From a virus (lineage: Duplodnaviria; Heunggongvirae; Uroviricota; Caudoviricetes), in IMG/VR virus record IMGVR_UViG_2799112923_000001: a stretch of 64,000 nt of DNA. One strand, written 5' to 3'. This document shows, one piece after another, positions 1 through 9,232 of this stretch (the stretch's first letter is position 1; each line of letters opens with the position of its first letter). The notes under the pieces were generated by a model that did not search any database, was not told where the DNA came from, and was given only the letters and a program-made list of their open reading frames with translations. The translations under genes were made by a program, and so were the position numbers.

Positions 1-300
1 ACGAATTATTTCGGATTATCACCAAGTTTTCGTCAACGAATAATTGACGATGCAAGAGCTGATACATTATGTTGGACTAATCGTTATAACACAAACGATA
101 AAGATTTTGTAGAAGCCACATTTTTGTGGTATTTAGCCCGTGGTCTAAATAATGTTTGTAAAAAAGTTAATATAACTACCGGTGTAGCATTACAAACTTA
201 TCAAAATATAACACTACAAAGAATTGAAGATTATTACGAAAAAGAATTTAACGAACAATTACAACGAATAAGTTATAAGGATTCTCCATTATGGCTGTAA
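1..300 (+). CDS. hypothetical protein, 5'-truncated
   Basis: Frame 1 open from the window edge (TNYFGLSPSFRQ...) to TAA at 298-300. Confidence 0.7.
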   Translation, partial: TNYFGLSPSFRQRIIDDARADTLCWTNRYNTNDKDFVEATFLWYLARGLNNVCKKVNITTGVALQTYQNITLQRIEDYYEKEFNEQLQRISYKDSPLWL

Positions 301-336
301 AAAAGAATACAATGAAAACAGTATTTTCTCGGTAAT

Positions 337-690
337 TTGAGAAACATCCCAGATTTAGCAAAAGCATATTTGTTTAGTGTTTCAATTTACAACAAGAAAA
401 CAAAGAGAACAGAAGTTGATTTGAATATCAGATGTAAGAGAGTTACATTTGAAAGGAACTTGTATTTTGACGAATATCAAGATTTCTATGTAAGCAGATA
501 TTTTGATAATTTGGATGACGATACAACATTCAAAGTTACCATAAATTTCTACGATTCCAAATTACAGAAAGTTGTTTATAAGACTGTATTGGATAATATG
601 AAATTCTATCGTGAACCATTTATGGATTTAGACCAAACAAGTTCGGATAAAATACAAGTTTTGGTTAAAATGATTGAAGAAAAACAATAA
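337..690 (+). CDS. hypothetical protein (true start may be ATG 312 with a +1 frameshift)
   Basis: ORF track; ATG 312 reads MKTVFSR* and would join this frame if one base were removed. Confidence 0.6.
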   Translation: MRNIPDLAKAYLFSVSIYNKKTKRTEVDLNIRCKRVTFERNLYFDEYQDFYVSRYFDNLDDDTTFKVTINFYDSKLQKVVYKTVLDNMKFYREPFMDLDQTSSDKIQVLVKMIEEKQ

Positions 691-908
691 TGAAAAATAG
701 ATTTGTATTAGTTTGTAAAGAATGGGAAGACCGAGCAGTTCCAGTATATGTAAAACATATTGACAATGACAAAGATTGTTTTAATGGATATAACATTACT
801 GAAGATATAGAACAAGCCCAACGATTTACAGAGAAAGAAGCATATAAGTGGTCTAATGAAATCTATGACAGTTATTGTGATGAATTTGAGGTCATGAGAT
901 ATGGCTAA
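690..908 (+). CDS. hypothetical protein
   Basis: TAATG coupling to upstream ORF. Confidence 0.75.
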   Translation: MKNRFVLVCKEWEDRAVPVYVKHIDNDKDCFNGYNITEDIEQAQRFTEKEAYKWSNEIYDSYCDEFEVMRYG

Positions 909-1179
909 AAAGTTTGATATAAAAAATGTTTCAATGGTATTTTTGCCATTTGTGCCAGCTCATGTTGAGTATTTTAAAGATGGCAGACCAATTTTAGCCA
1001 AATTAAAAAATGGCAGTTGGGATATAATTTATTATTATGAAACAAACGATTCCAAATTTGAAAATGGAAAAGAAATAAAATTTACGATACACAAGTATTC
1101 AAGTACAGATTGTGAAACTTGTTGGAAAGATGAAGATATAGAATACTGGGCACAATTACCCAAATTGGAGAAAAAATGA
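901..1179 (+). CDS. hypothetical protein (DUF551-like C-terminus)
   Basis: GAGG RBS; ends IEYWAQLP. Confidence 0.7.
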   Translation: MAKKFDIKNVSMVFLPFVPAHVEYFKDGRPILAKLKNGSWDIIYYYETNDSKFENGKEIKFTIHKYSSTDCETCWKDEDIEYWAQLPKLEKK

Positions 1180-1550
1180 CTGCAGACGAATGGCAAAAGC
1201 AATTTGAAGAATTATGGAAACAGGTGTTTGACCCTGATGTACAAAATGTAAGAATTCATTTTACTAATTTTGGTCGCCGACAGATTTTAGTGGATAAAAC
1301 AGGTCCGGTTGAATTAAAGCCTGAAATTAAAGATGAAAATGGGCATACCATTTATGAAACCGAATATCATAAAGATAATGAATGGGGTTTCAAGGATTTT
1401 GTACCATACAGAAGTGAGAGCCATAGAGTCTGGCGAAAGACTGAAAAAGGTTGGGATTTATACACACCAATGTATAAAATTGATTGTGATAATGGCGAAC
1501 AATATACAATATATCAAGAAGCACCAAAAGAATTTTTAACAGGAGAATAA
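1176..1550 (+). CDS. hypothetical protein
   Basis: GGAG RBS, ATGA overlap. Confidence 0.75.
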   Translation: MTADEWQKQFEELWKQVFDPDVQNVRIHFTNFGRRQILVDKTGPVELKPEIKDENGHTIYETEYHKDNEWGFKDFVPYRSESHRVWRKTEKGWDLYTPMYKIDCDNGEQYTIYQEAPKEFLTGE

Positions 1551-1551
1551 A

Positions 1552-2046
1552 ATGAGTGATTTAGAATTACTAACAAGCAAACTTAATGAATTTGGGTATG
1601 GTTATAGAATTGAAAGCCCAAGAAATTTAGATACAGAAGCCAATATGGTAGTTATTGCCAAATCTTCAAAATCATTGGTACACCATTTCTATTTCAATAA
1701 TGACAAGTATGTAAGAAGTGATACTGGTTCAATATCTATTGTTGAAATTGTACATAAAGATTTTGACGATGCTTTGAATTTCATTGGCAGTTTGCCACCA
1801 GATAGAGAAATAACTGAATATTCTCGTTGGAAGCATTTTAAGGGAACAATAGCCGAAGTTATCACTGTAGCCAAACATAGTGAAACAGGTGAAGAAATGG
1901 TTGTGTACAGATGTTCAGGAAATCATGGACAAACTAATCATACAGATGGTGTATATGCCAGACCAAAGGATATGTTCTTATCCGAAGTAGACCATGTAAA
2001 ATACCCAAATGTTAATACAAAATATCGCTTAACAAAGATGGTATAA
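1552..2046 (+). CDS. DUF1653-domain protein
   Basis: C-terminal WKHFKG...AKHSETGEEMVVY...YARPKDMFLSEVD matches the DUF1653 pattern. Confidence 0.8.
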   Translation: MSDLELLTSKLNEFGYGYRIESPRNLDTEANMVVIAKSSKSLVHHFYFNNDKYVRSDTGSISIVEIVHKDFDDALNFIGSLPPDREITEYSRWKHFKGTIAEVITVAKHSETGEEMVVYRCSGNHGQTNHTDGVYARPKDMFLSEVDHVKYPNVNTKYRLTKMV

Positions 2047-2047
2047 T

Positions 2048-2152
2048 ATGATTAAAGCAATAACAGAAATGCTACCGTGGGGTGTAGTTGGTGCTATGAT
2101 ACCGATTACATTCTTAACTATATTCTTTGCTGGATTATTCCTATTGAGTTAA
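2048..2152 (+). CDS. small membrane protein (34 aa, not in ORF track)
   Basis: MIKAITEMLPWGVVGAMIPITFLTIFFAGLFLLS fills the gap exactly. Confidence 0.55.
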   Translation: MIKAITEMLPWGVVGAMIPITFLTIFFAGLFLLS

Positions 2153-2153
2153 T

Positions 2154-2567
2154 ATGATAACGATTGCTATAATTTTTATACTTTCGCTAGTCGCTTTATA
2201 TGCGGTATTTAGGCCTTCCGAAGATTTAACCTTCAAAGCCAAAGATACACATAATATGGTTACTATTAAAACAGTAGAAAAGCAAAAGAAACGAATACAG
2301 AAACTATTAGAACAAGAAGATAAAGAAGATGAACGTCATTATAAAATGTTAAAGAAAATGATTGCTAAGGAAGCGAAAACTGGCAGTACATCTTTATATT
2401 ATAATGAATCTTGGGTATTTAATGAAGTAATTTCATATAGAGTAAAAGACCGACTGCGAGCAGAGGGTTTTAGAGTAAAAGATTACAAAAATAAATATAA
2501 AGTAAGAAATGGATTCGGAAATACCTGGGAAGAATCCGAATACGGATTTTGGGTATACTGGGATTAG
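2154..2567 (+). CDS. membrane-anchored hypothetical protein
   Basis: N-terminal hydrophobic helix; C-terminal domain resembles 16300..16635 and 16629..16901. Confidence 0.75.
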   Translation: MITIAIIFILSLVALYAVFRPSEDLTFKAKDTHNMVTIKTVEKQKKRIQKLLEQEDKEDERHYKMLKKMIAKEAKTGSTSLYYNESWVFNEVISYRVKDRLRAEGFRVKDYKNKYKVRNGFGNTWEESEYGFWVYWD

Positions 2568-2571
2568 AATT

Positions 2572-2599
2572 AAAGACCAAATGAAAATTTGGTCTTTTC
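2572..2599 (+). terminator. intrinsic terminator
   Basis: AAAGACCAAAT-GAAA-ATTTGGTCTTT stem-loop followed by T. Confidence 0.75.
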
Positions 2600-2600
2600 T

Positions 2601-2608
2601 TATAAATA
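2601..2608 (+). promoter_or_regulatory. T4-type late promoter TATAAATA
   Basis: Exact gp55-type consensus directly after a terminator, upstream of the leader-peptide gene cluster. Confidence 0.7.
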
Positions 2609-2620
2609 CTATAAATGCTA

Positions 2621-2734
2621 ATGATTGACCCATATTTACTTGTAAAGTTCATACTAATAGGCCTGCTAGTTAGTGGTCTAATTTCTTTGGGTTGGATAGG
2701 ATTAAAAACACTATTTAAAAAGATAGGAAAGTAG
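2621..2734 (+). CDS. small membrane protein (37 aa, not in ORF track)
   Basis: MIDPYLLVKFILIGLLVSGLISLGWIGLKTLFKKIGK, single TM. Confidence 0.5.
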   Translation: MIDPYLLVKFILIGLLVSGLISLGWIGLKTLFKKIGK

Positions 2735-2735
2735 T

Positions 2736-3206
2736 ATGAATTTGACAGAAGCAGAAGAAATCTTAAAGCAGCATAACTACATAATGCTTGAAGATAAGTA
2801 TATGGATGATATGGATGATGAACTTGACTCTACTATATCATTCAGCACCATTAAGAACATAGTTGAAAAGAAGTATAAGACTGAAATCAAAAACGGCGAA
2901 CTTTACGCATATCCATTTGAGGACAAGAAAAATATTCAGATTAGAATTGACTCACGCGGAAGAAATTCTGTATGCAGCATTTTCGGTGTTTACTTGGTTG
3001 ACTCAAATGGCGAAACATATACCGTCAAGAAGAACTATAAGTATTATGTGACAAAGAAAAATCCTGAATGCCATTATCTAGGAAAGGATAATGGCTACAT
3101 GGAAGAATACGGTGGTGCTGAAGAAGAAATCCTTAAACCTGTTGAAGAAGCACTAGCAAAAATGAATAAGCCAGGTTTCTTTAAGAGAGTTTTTAAAAGA
3201 GGTTAA
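2736..3206 (+). CDS. leader-family protein (putative internal head protein)
   Basis: N-terminus MNLTEAEEILKQHNYIMLE. Confidence 0.75.
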   Translation: MNLTEAEEILKQHNYIMLEDKYMDDMDDELDSTISFSTIKNIVEKKYKTEIKNGELYAYPFEDKKNIQIRIDSRGRNSVCSIFGVYLVDSNGETYTVKKNYKYYVTKKNPECHYLGKDNGYMEEYGGAEEEILKPVEEALAKMNKPGFFKRVFKRG

Positions 3207-3207
3207 T

Positions 3208-3612
3208 ATGAATTTAACAGAAGCAAAAAAGATTTTGAATGATAATGGTTATAAAGTAGAACTAAATGAAATTAAAAAATCCACTATTACAGAAGCAAGT
3301 AAGTATGACTACGAATATGATTTGTTAAAAAGAGAGTATTTCCCAGATGCCAAAGATATTGACATTCACGCAAACAGAAGTATTAGAAGTCCATTATGGA
3401 AAACCTTATATGGTTGGGAATGTGAATTTTATTTGAATGGTAAAAGACACTGGTTCACATTTGGTAAAGGTGGATGTGGTTTTGAACCATCATTACAAGC
3501 ATACATTAGAAAATACTGCAAACTTGATTCATTTGATGATTACAAAGAAATTAAAGAAGAATATCCTGATGCTACATTAGAAGATATTAGAAATATAGCC
3601 ACAATGGGGTAA
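3208..3612 (+). CDS. leader-family protein (putative internal head protein)
   Basis: N-terminus MNLTEAKKILNDNGYKVELNE. Confidence 0.75.
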   Translation: MNLTEAKKILNDNGYKVELNEIKKSTITEASKYDYEYDLLKREYFPDAKDIDIHANRSIRSPLWKTLYGWECEFYLNGKRHWFTFGKGGCGFEPSLQAYIRKYCKLDSFDDYKEIKEEYPDATLEDIRNIATMG

Positions 3613-3615
3613 AGT

Positions 3616-4332
3616 ATGGAATTATATGAAGCAAAAAAGATTTTAAATGATAAAGGTTATATTCTTGAAAAGGCTTTACCTAAATATAAACAATTTAGAT
3701 TACATTGTGAAGAAAAGTTCAATGAAATAAGTGACCAAGTTAAAGAAATAGGAATTACAGAATATAATTTAGAACCAGAACAATTTCAAATTTCTATATC
3801 TGAATCATTTTGTACTATTGGCATTTTAAGTAATGGTAAAAGGTTTCTTGTAAATCTAAGTATTGAAGATAATGGAAAGAAGTTGTATATTACAAATTAT
3901 GCAACTGAAAAACAAAAAATACTTGATATAAAAATGTTAGATAGTAATGACCTTCCTAGAATAGTGTTAGCCACTTATAATGATTTGCTTGCTAATTTAA
4001 GAGAAGCAGAAGAAGTCCTAAACAAGAATGGTTATATTTTAGAAGCATACGATGATGACTATAAAGATGACCTCGGCGATGTTGTAAATGTAATCAATAA
4101 AAAGCATGAAGTACTTGGAACAAAAGAAGTTCCAGCAGAAGAAGGCTACAAAACATATAAAATCGTAACCAAAGATAATAAATTCTATACATTGGAATTT
4201 AAAAACAAATTCTTTGAATATAGAGGTAGACTTTATCCTTGGAGATTAACACTATCTACCAGTAAATTCGGATTTGTAGTTATTGGATATAATTTAAGAC
4301 AACTAAACGATTATTTTAATAAAGTAAAATAG
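3616..4332 (+). CDS. leader-family protein with two leader copies
   Basis: MELYEAKKILNDKGYILE plus internal LREAEEVLNKNGYILE (3997-4044). Confidence 0.75.
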   Translation: MELYEAKKILNDKGYILEKALPKYKQFRLHCEEKFNEISDQVKEIGITEYNLEPEQFQISISESFCTIGILSNGKRFLVNLSIEDNGKKLYITNYATEKQKILDIKMLDSNDLPRIVLATYNDLLANLREAEEVLNKNGYILEAYDDDYKDDLGDVVNVINKKHEVLGTKEVPAEEGYKTYKIVTKDNKFYTLEFKNKFFEYRGRLYPWRLTLSTSKFGFVVIGYNLRQLNDYFNKVK

Positions 4333-4343
4333 GGATAGAGCTT

Positions 4344-4832
4344 ATGTGTAAATTCTGTGAAGGCTATGATAGAAAGAATAGTGGTAAATTCGCCATCTAT
4401 ATGACAAAATGGTCAGACGAAAGAGGAACTACTTTGAGTGTAGATTTTGATGGTTTTGACGAAAGCAGTGATACTGATTTTGAAGTAAACTTTTGCCCAA
4501 TGTGCGGTAAAGAACTAAAACAAGTTCAAGAATCCACAGAACTCACTGAAGCATTAGAAACATTAAAAGATAATGGCTACATTTGTGAATCCAACAAACA
4601 TTTTGAATTGTGGCAATACAAATTAAGTGTAAAGAAAGAACTAAATAAATGGTTGAAAAACAAAACTTGGTTTAAATCATTTGATTATATGAGAAGCTAT
4701 ATTAAATGGGAAATTATGGTGGATATAGTTACAGAAACTATGAAAGATTACTTTGAACAAGGAAAATCTGTTAATGACTGTGTAGAACAAATTATAGGTC
4801 TCGCAGAAGAAGCCATTAAAATAGGTGGTTAA
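4344..4832 (+). CDS. Zn-ribbon protein fused to a leader-family module
   Basis: CKFC...CPMCG, then internal LTEALETLKDNGYICE (4542-4589). Confidence 0.7.
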   Translation: MCKFCEGYDRKNSGKFAIYMTKWSDERGTTLSVDFDGFDESSDTDFEVNFCPMCGKELKQVQESTELTEALETLKDNGYICESNKHFELWQYKLSVKKELNKWLKNKTWFKSFDYMRSYIKWEIMVDIVTETMKDYFEQGKSVNDCVEQIIGLAEEAIKIGG

Positions 4833-4833
4833 T

Positions 4834-5199
4834 ATGGAATTGAACGAAGCTAAAGAAGTTTTAAAAGAGAATGGCTACTTAATGGAATCTTTACAGATTG
4901 ACTTCAGTACACTTGATAATGCGTTAGATTCAATGCGAAGAAATATAGAAGAAACAAAAAAGAAATTCCAAACATTGACTGACGGATTACAAGATAAGTT
5001 ATTTTCTAATATGGATGGAACACCAGACATTTATATACTCAAAGATTATCCATTTAGCGGATATAACATCGTATATGAATATGATAATTTATCTATATGC
5101 GTAAATCAATACTGGAATGTAAGAATAAATGACAAAAAATTTGAATATATGGAAAATGTAAACGAAGTAATTAAAACAATTTTGGATAATGTAAAGTAA
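4834..5199 (+). CDS. leader-family protein
   Basis: Start moved to ATG 4834; MELNEAKEVLKENGYLME. Confidence 0.75.
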   Translation: MELNEAKEVLKENGYLMESLQIDFSTLDNALDSMRRNIEETKKKFQTLTDGLQDKLFSNMDGTPDIYILKDYPFSGYNIVYEYDNLSICVNQYWNVRINDKKFEYMENVNEVIKTILDNVK

Positions 5200-5200
5200 T

Positions 5201-5476
5201 ATGAGATTAGATGAAGCATTAGAGATTTTACATAACGAAGGTTATTTGACTGAAGAACATATTGCCAAAGTCGGTTCTAAACTTCGTATAGATTTTGACA
5301 AATATAAAATCGTAACCAGACGAGCACTTGATAAAGCAGTTGACGAAATAGGTAAACATATTGCTGATGATTATACTGTATGGTTTCCTGACGGATATGA
5401 AAAATCACACTTGAAAGATTACTTGCGTGAAGAAATCCAAAAATACATACAAGAGAATATAGAGGTTTTGGTATGA
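5201..5476 (+). CDS. leader-family protein
   Basis: MRLDEALEILHNEGYLTE. Confidence 0.75.
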   Translation: MRLDEALEILHNEGYLTEEHIAKVGSKLRIDFDKYKIVTRRALDKAVDEIGKHIADDYTVWFPDGYEKSHLKDYLREEIQKYIQENIEVLV

Positions 5477-5754
5477 GATTAGACGAAGCAAAAGAAGTAT
5501 TGAAAGAACATGGTTTTATTTGTGAATCAGCAAGTAAAGAAATCTACAATGTACTTTCACGAAATTATGATGTAGTAGATGAATACAGTGATAGTCAATT
5601 TAGAACAACATTTACTTGTAAAACAAAAGGTGTTCGTAAGGCTGACAGATATTTAATGACATCTAAAGGTGGATTGGCTATAAGAAAGGGCGACCAATGG
5701 GTTCTTATTGCTAACGATTTAGCAGAAATTGAAGATTATTTTGCTAATAGATAA
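5473..5754 (+). CDS. leader-family protein
   Basis: MRLDEAKEVLKEHGFICE. Confidence 0.75.
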   Translation: MRLDEAKEVLKEHGFICESASKEIYNVLSRNYDVVDEYSDSQFRTTFTCKTKGVRKADRYLMTSKGGLAIRKGDQWVLIANDLAEIEDYFANR

Positions 5755-5763
5755 GGAGTTAAT

Positions 5764-6018
5764 ATGGAATTAGATGAAGCATTTGAAATTTTAAAAGAAA
5801 ATCGTTATATGGTTGAATCTACCAGAGAAGAAATCATACAACACTGCGATGAAGTCATAGAAGAATTAAAAACAAGTGAATATGGTGAACTTGATATAGG
5901 TTTTGATACTGAAGCAGACCGAGATATTGCTACTGCATATCTTGATTCAATAGATTATCCTTGGGATTATTGTGAAGGCGAGGATGACGAACCAGCAATA
6001 GCAATTTATAAGAACTAA
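5764..6018 (+). CDS. leader-family protein, very acidic
   Basis: MELDEAFEILKENRYMVE; AGGAG RBS. Confidence 0.75.
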   Translation: MELDEAFEILKENRYMVESTREEIIQHCDEVIEELKTSEYGELDIGFDTEADRDIATAYLDSIDYPWDYCEGEDDEPAIAIYKN

Positions 6019-6049
6019 TACATATAACATTGTTTAAGAGATTGGTGAG

Positions 6050-6718
6050 ATGAGTGAAGTTAAAGAAGAAGTAGTAATAACAATGACTTCGTGGAAAAAG
6101 CGAATAAATGATGTATCAAAAACAATTTATTCACTTTTAAGAAACACATATAAGCCTAGAAGTATAGAATTAAATTTGGCTGAAGAAGAGTTCCCATTAA
6201 AAGAGAAAGAACTACCTGAAGATTTATTGTTATTAAAGAATGAAGGATTGGTAAACATAAACTGGTGTTATAGAAATGTAAAAACATTTAAGAAAGTTTT
6301 ACCAACAGTATTGAAATACTATAATGAAAAAGATTTACTAATCATGTCAGCCGATGATGATGTAGAATATCAGCCGGATATAATAGAAAAATTTGTAGAA
6401 TTACATAAGAAAAATCCTGACGCATTTATAGCATTTAGAAACCAACAAGGAGAATTTAGAGGACAACCTTGTACAAATGGTGGTGCGACATTATATAAAG
6501 TAAGTTTTTTCAGTGATATATTTTTTAAGATACCTGAATGTGTTATCCAAACAAATGAAGATGACTGGTGGTATAGTTATTGTTTTTGGAAAACAGGTGG
6601 AAGAAAAGCTGTGTTTAGTGGAATACAATTAAAATTCTTTAATCAAGATACTGGTAGTCTTAAAAATGGTCTATATAATACAATTAGAACAAAAAAATTA
6701 TTGTTGAGTTTGGGGTGA
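6050..6718 (+). CDS. GT-A fold glycosyltransferase-like protein
   Basis: VITMTSWKKR, ADDD (DxD), EDDWW. Confidence 0.7.
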   Translation: MSEVKEEVVITMTSWKKRINDVSKTIYSLLRNTYKPRSIELNLAEEEFPLKEKELPEDLLLLKNEGLVNINWCYRNVKTFKKVLPTVLKYYNEKDLLIMSADDDVEYQPDIIEKFVELHKKNPDAFIAFRNQQGEFRGQPCTNGGATLYKVSFFSDIFFKIPECVIQTNEDDWWYSYCFWKTGGRKAVFSGIQLKFFNQDTGSLKNGLYNTIRTKKLLLSLG

Positions 6719-6719
6719 T

Positions 6720-7457
6720 ATGACAAAAGATACAGTTATAGTTAGTTTAACTACACATTCAATTAGAGTTGCTCAGGTTGCTAAAACAGCCATTTTTTCT
6801 ATTTTACAAAACACTTATAAAGATGTTCATATCGTTCTTACATTATACAAAGACGATTTAAAACTTATTCCTGAGGATTTACAGTTGTTGATTGAAGCTG
6901 GAATGGTAGAATTAATAGTTGCTGATAAAGATTTAGGACCTCACTTGAAGTATTTTTATGCTATGCAGAAATATAGGGATAAACCAGTTATTACGATTGA
7001 CGATGATGTTATCTATCCTGAAAATATGATTGAAGAAATGGTAAATGCCTATAAGAAATATAATTGTATAATTGGTAGAAGATGTTATGAAATAAAATCA
7101 AATATGAATTATCATAACTGGCTTTGGACTGGACTTTCCCAAATTAAAGAACCCACACATAAGAATTTTGCTACTGGTATTGGAGGAATTTTATATCCAC
7201 CAAACTGTTTGGATTTATCAGACGATAATGTTAAAGAAATTCTAACTATTAAATATGATGATGATTTTTATTTAAAGGCTATTGAAGTTAGAAAAGACTT
7301 AAAAATTATGAGTATAATATATAATGGAGATTTATTATTTAAGAAAAATCTTAAAGACCCGTATACTCAAAGTATAGGCTTATGGAATAGTAATGTTCAT
7401 AAAGCAAATGATGGAATAAAAATGTTTGAAAGTGAATTTAGAAAATGTTTGTTATAA
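6720..7457 (+). CDS. GT-A fold glycosyltransferase-like protein
   Basis: VIVSLTT, GPHLKY, ITIDDDVIYP, TGIGGILYPP, DDFY; paralog of 6050..6718. Confidence 0.75.
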   Translation: MTKDTVIVSLTTHSIRVAQVAKTAIFSILQNTYKDVHIVLTLYKDDLKLIPEDLQLLIEAGMVELIVADKDLGPHLKYFYAMQKYRDKPVITIDDDVIYPENMIEEMVNAYKKYNCIIGRRCYEIKSNMNYHNWLWTGLSQIKEPTHKNFATGIGGILYPPNCLDLSDDNVKEILTIKYDDDFYLKAIEVRKDLKIMSIIYNGDLLFKKNLKDPYTQSIGLWNSNVHKANDGIKMFESEFRKCLL

Positions 7458-8074
7458 GTAATAATTGTTGTGGTGGCTATCTTTATAATCATATAGGTAT
7501 AAAGTATAACAATCCTTTTATTTGGAACCGTATGACTTATGATTCAGTCTATTTTATAATGAAAAATTTTAATAAAATAGATTGGTTAGATTATAATTTT
7601 GAAAAATCTACAAGAGTAGAAAATACATTCAATATAAAAGTAGGAAATGATATAAGTATTCATTATTCACATTATGTATTTGACCCAAATGCTAATGTTA
7701 TAATTAAAAATAAAACATTTGATAAAACTAAATACGATTTTTGGCAAGGAGATGTTAAGTATTGTAAAATTTGGGAACTTATTAATGAAAAATACTTAAC
7801 TAGAACTAAAAGAATGTTAGAACTTAAAGAAGAACCAGCTTTTATAATCAGAGATGATGAAAAATATATAAAAGAACCTTCTAAAAAATATACCATCAAT
7901 GATATTATAAATGCTACAGTACCATATAAAAGAATTATCATTACAGAGAATGATAAATTAAAAACAGACAATAAACTGTGTAAAATAATTTTAGTGAAAG
8001 ATGTTTATAATGTTCACCCTGAAATTCAAATAAGAGAACATCTACAAATGATAAAGGATTTTTTAGGACTATAA
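7445..8074 (+). CDS. DUF1919-like polysaccharide biosynthesis protein
   Basis: ISNNCCGGYLY...NNPF...IHYSHY. Confidence 0.65.
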   Translation: MFVISNNCCGGYLYNHIGIKYNNPFIWNRMTYDSVYFIMKNFNKIDWLDYNFEKSTRVENTFNIKVGNDISIHYSHYVFDPNANVIIKNKTFDKTKYDFWQGDVKYCKIWELINEKYLTRTKRMLELKEEPAFIIRDDEKYIKEPSKKYTINDIINATVPYKRIIITENDKLKTDNKLCKIILVKDVYNVHPEIQIREHLQMIKDFLGL

Positions 8075-8075
8075 T

Positions 8076-9140
8076 ATGATTGAGAAATTTATATTAAACA
8101 ATTATCTTGAAGGAAAACCAATTATTTCAAACGGACCTTTGTGTAATGCTTCTTTTATAAACATTGGTGGTAAAGATTATATTTCAGGAAGAGAAGCGAA
8201 TTATACTTTTATAAATCCAAAATATACTGGTAAAAATTACAATGTGATTAAGGAAGGTAGTTTCTTTTGGACAGATAATAATTTGTATGATGAAAACACT
8301 GGAAATTTTGTTAAAAAAATTTCCATACATCCTAGTTCTTGTAATGTAGGTTATTGTGGATTGGAGGATTTTCGTTTTATAAAATGGAATGATATAACTT
8401 ATGGATTTTGTACTGAACCGTCAATGAGTAATGGTAGAATAACTGGTCAAATAAGTATGTTTGAATGTTCAGATTCATTTAATCTTGAAAATCGCAAAAT
8501 ATGTTTTACAAAACAAATGACTGAAAAAAATTGGCAGCCTATTGAATGTTTACCTTTCAAAGTGGTTTATTCACACAAACCATTTACTATATTAAATGTA
8601 TCGGATATGTCTGTTCAAATAGTTAATGAAAATTTGTGTCAAGATTCATATAGCGGTTCTACACCAGTTTTGAGATATAAAGATGGTTGGATAAGTTTAG
8701 TTCATAAACGAAATGGAAATAAGTATCTGCACTATTTAATTAAATATGATAAGAACTTTAGGATTGAACGTATTTCTAATGAATTTTCATTTTTTGGAGT
8801 TGATGTAGAATTTGCTACTGGAATGAGAGTTAGAAATGAAACTGTGGATATTTTAGCTTCTATAAATGACACAATGACTTTCAAATTTAGTATAAATTCT
8901 GAAATTATAGATAAGATATTTAATGAAGAATTGACTGATAATACAGTTCATCAGGAAATGTATAATAACTTTGTAAAATATGCCATAGAGTGCGATAATA
9001 AATTAGGAATTGCTGGATTTGGAACATGGTGCACCGACGCAGTTCTTATTAGTGAAATAGTAATAATGGATAATGAAATAATAAGAAATAATACTTTACT
9101 TAAAAAGATTTTTATGGAAAGATATAAAGAATTTTCATAA
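8076..9140 (+). CDS. beta-propeller glycosidase/phosphorylase-like protein (GH130-like)
   Basis: GLEDFRF, EKNWQP, GSTP, YLH, VEFATG. Confidence 0.6.
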   Translation: MIEKFILNNYLEGKPIISNGPLCNASFINIGGKDYISGREANYTFINPKYTGKNYNVIKEGSFFWTDNNLYDENTGNFVKKISIHPSSCNVGYCGLEDFRFIKWNDITYGFCTEPSMSNGRITGQISMFECSDSFNLENRKICFTKQMTEKNWQPIECLPFKVVYSHKPFTILNVSDMSVQIVNENLCQDSYSGSTPVLRYKDGWISLVHKRNGNKYLHYLIKYDKNFRIERISNEFSFFGVDVEFATGMRVRNETVDILASINDTMTFKFSINSEIIDKIFNEELTDNTVHQEMYNNFVKYAIECDNKLGIAGFGTWCTDAVLISEIVIMDNEIIRNNTLLKKIFMERYKEFS

Positions 9141-9168
9141 ATATTAAAGTTCTTCTTCAAACAAAAGT

Positions 9169-9209
9169 AAAAGCAATCACATTGACAAGTGGTTGCTTTT
9201 TGCTATATT
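9169..9209 (+). promoter_or_regulatory. sigma70-type promoter nested in a hairpin
   Basis: TTGACA 9182, N16, TATATT 9204; AAAAGCAATCAC...GTGGTTGCTTTT inverted repeat around the -35. Confidence 0.7.
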
Positions 9210-9232
9210 GCTAATTTTAGAATGAGGAATAT

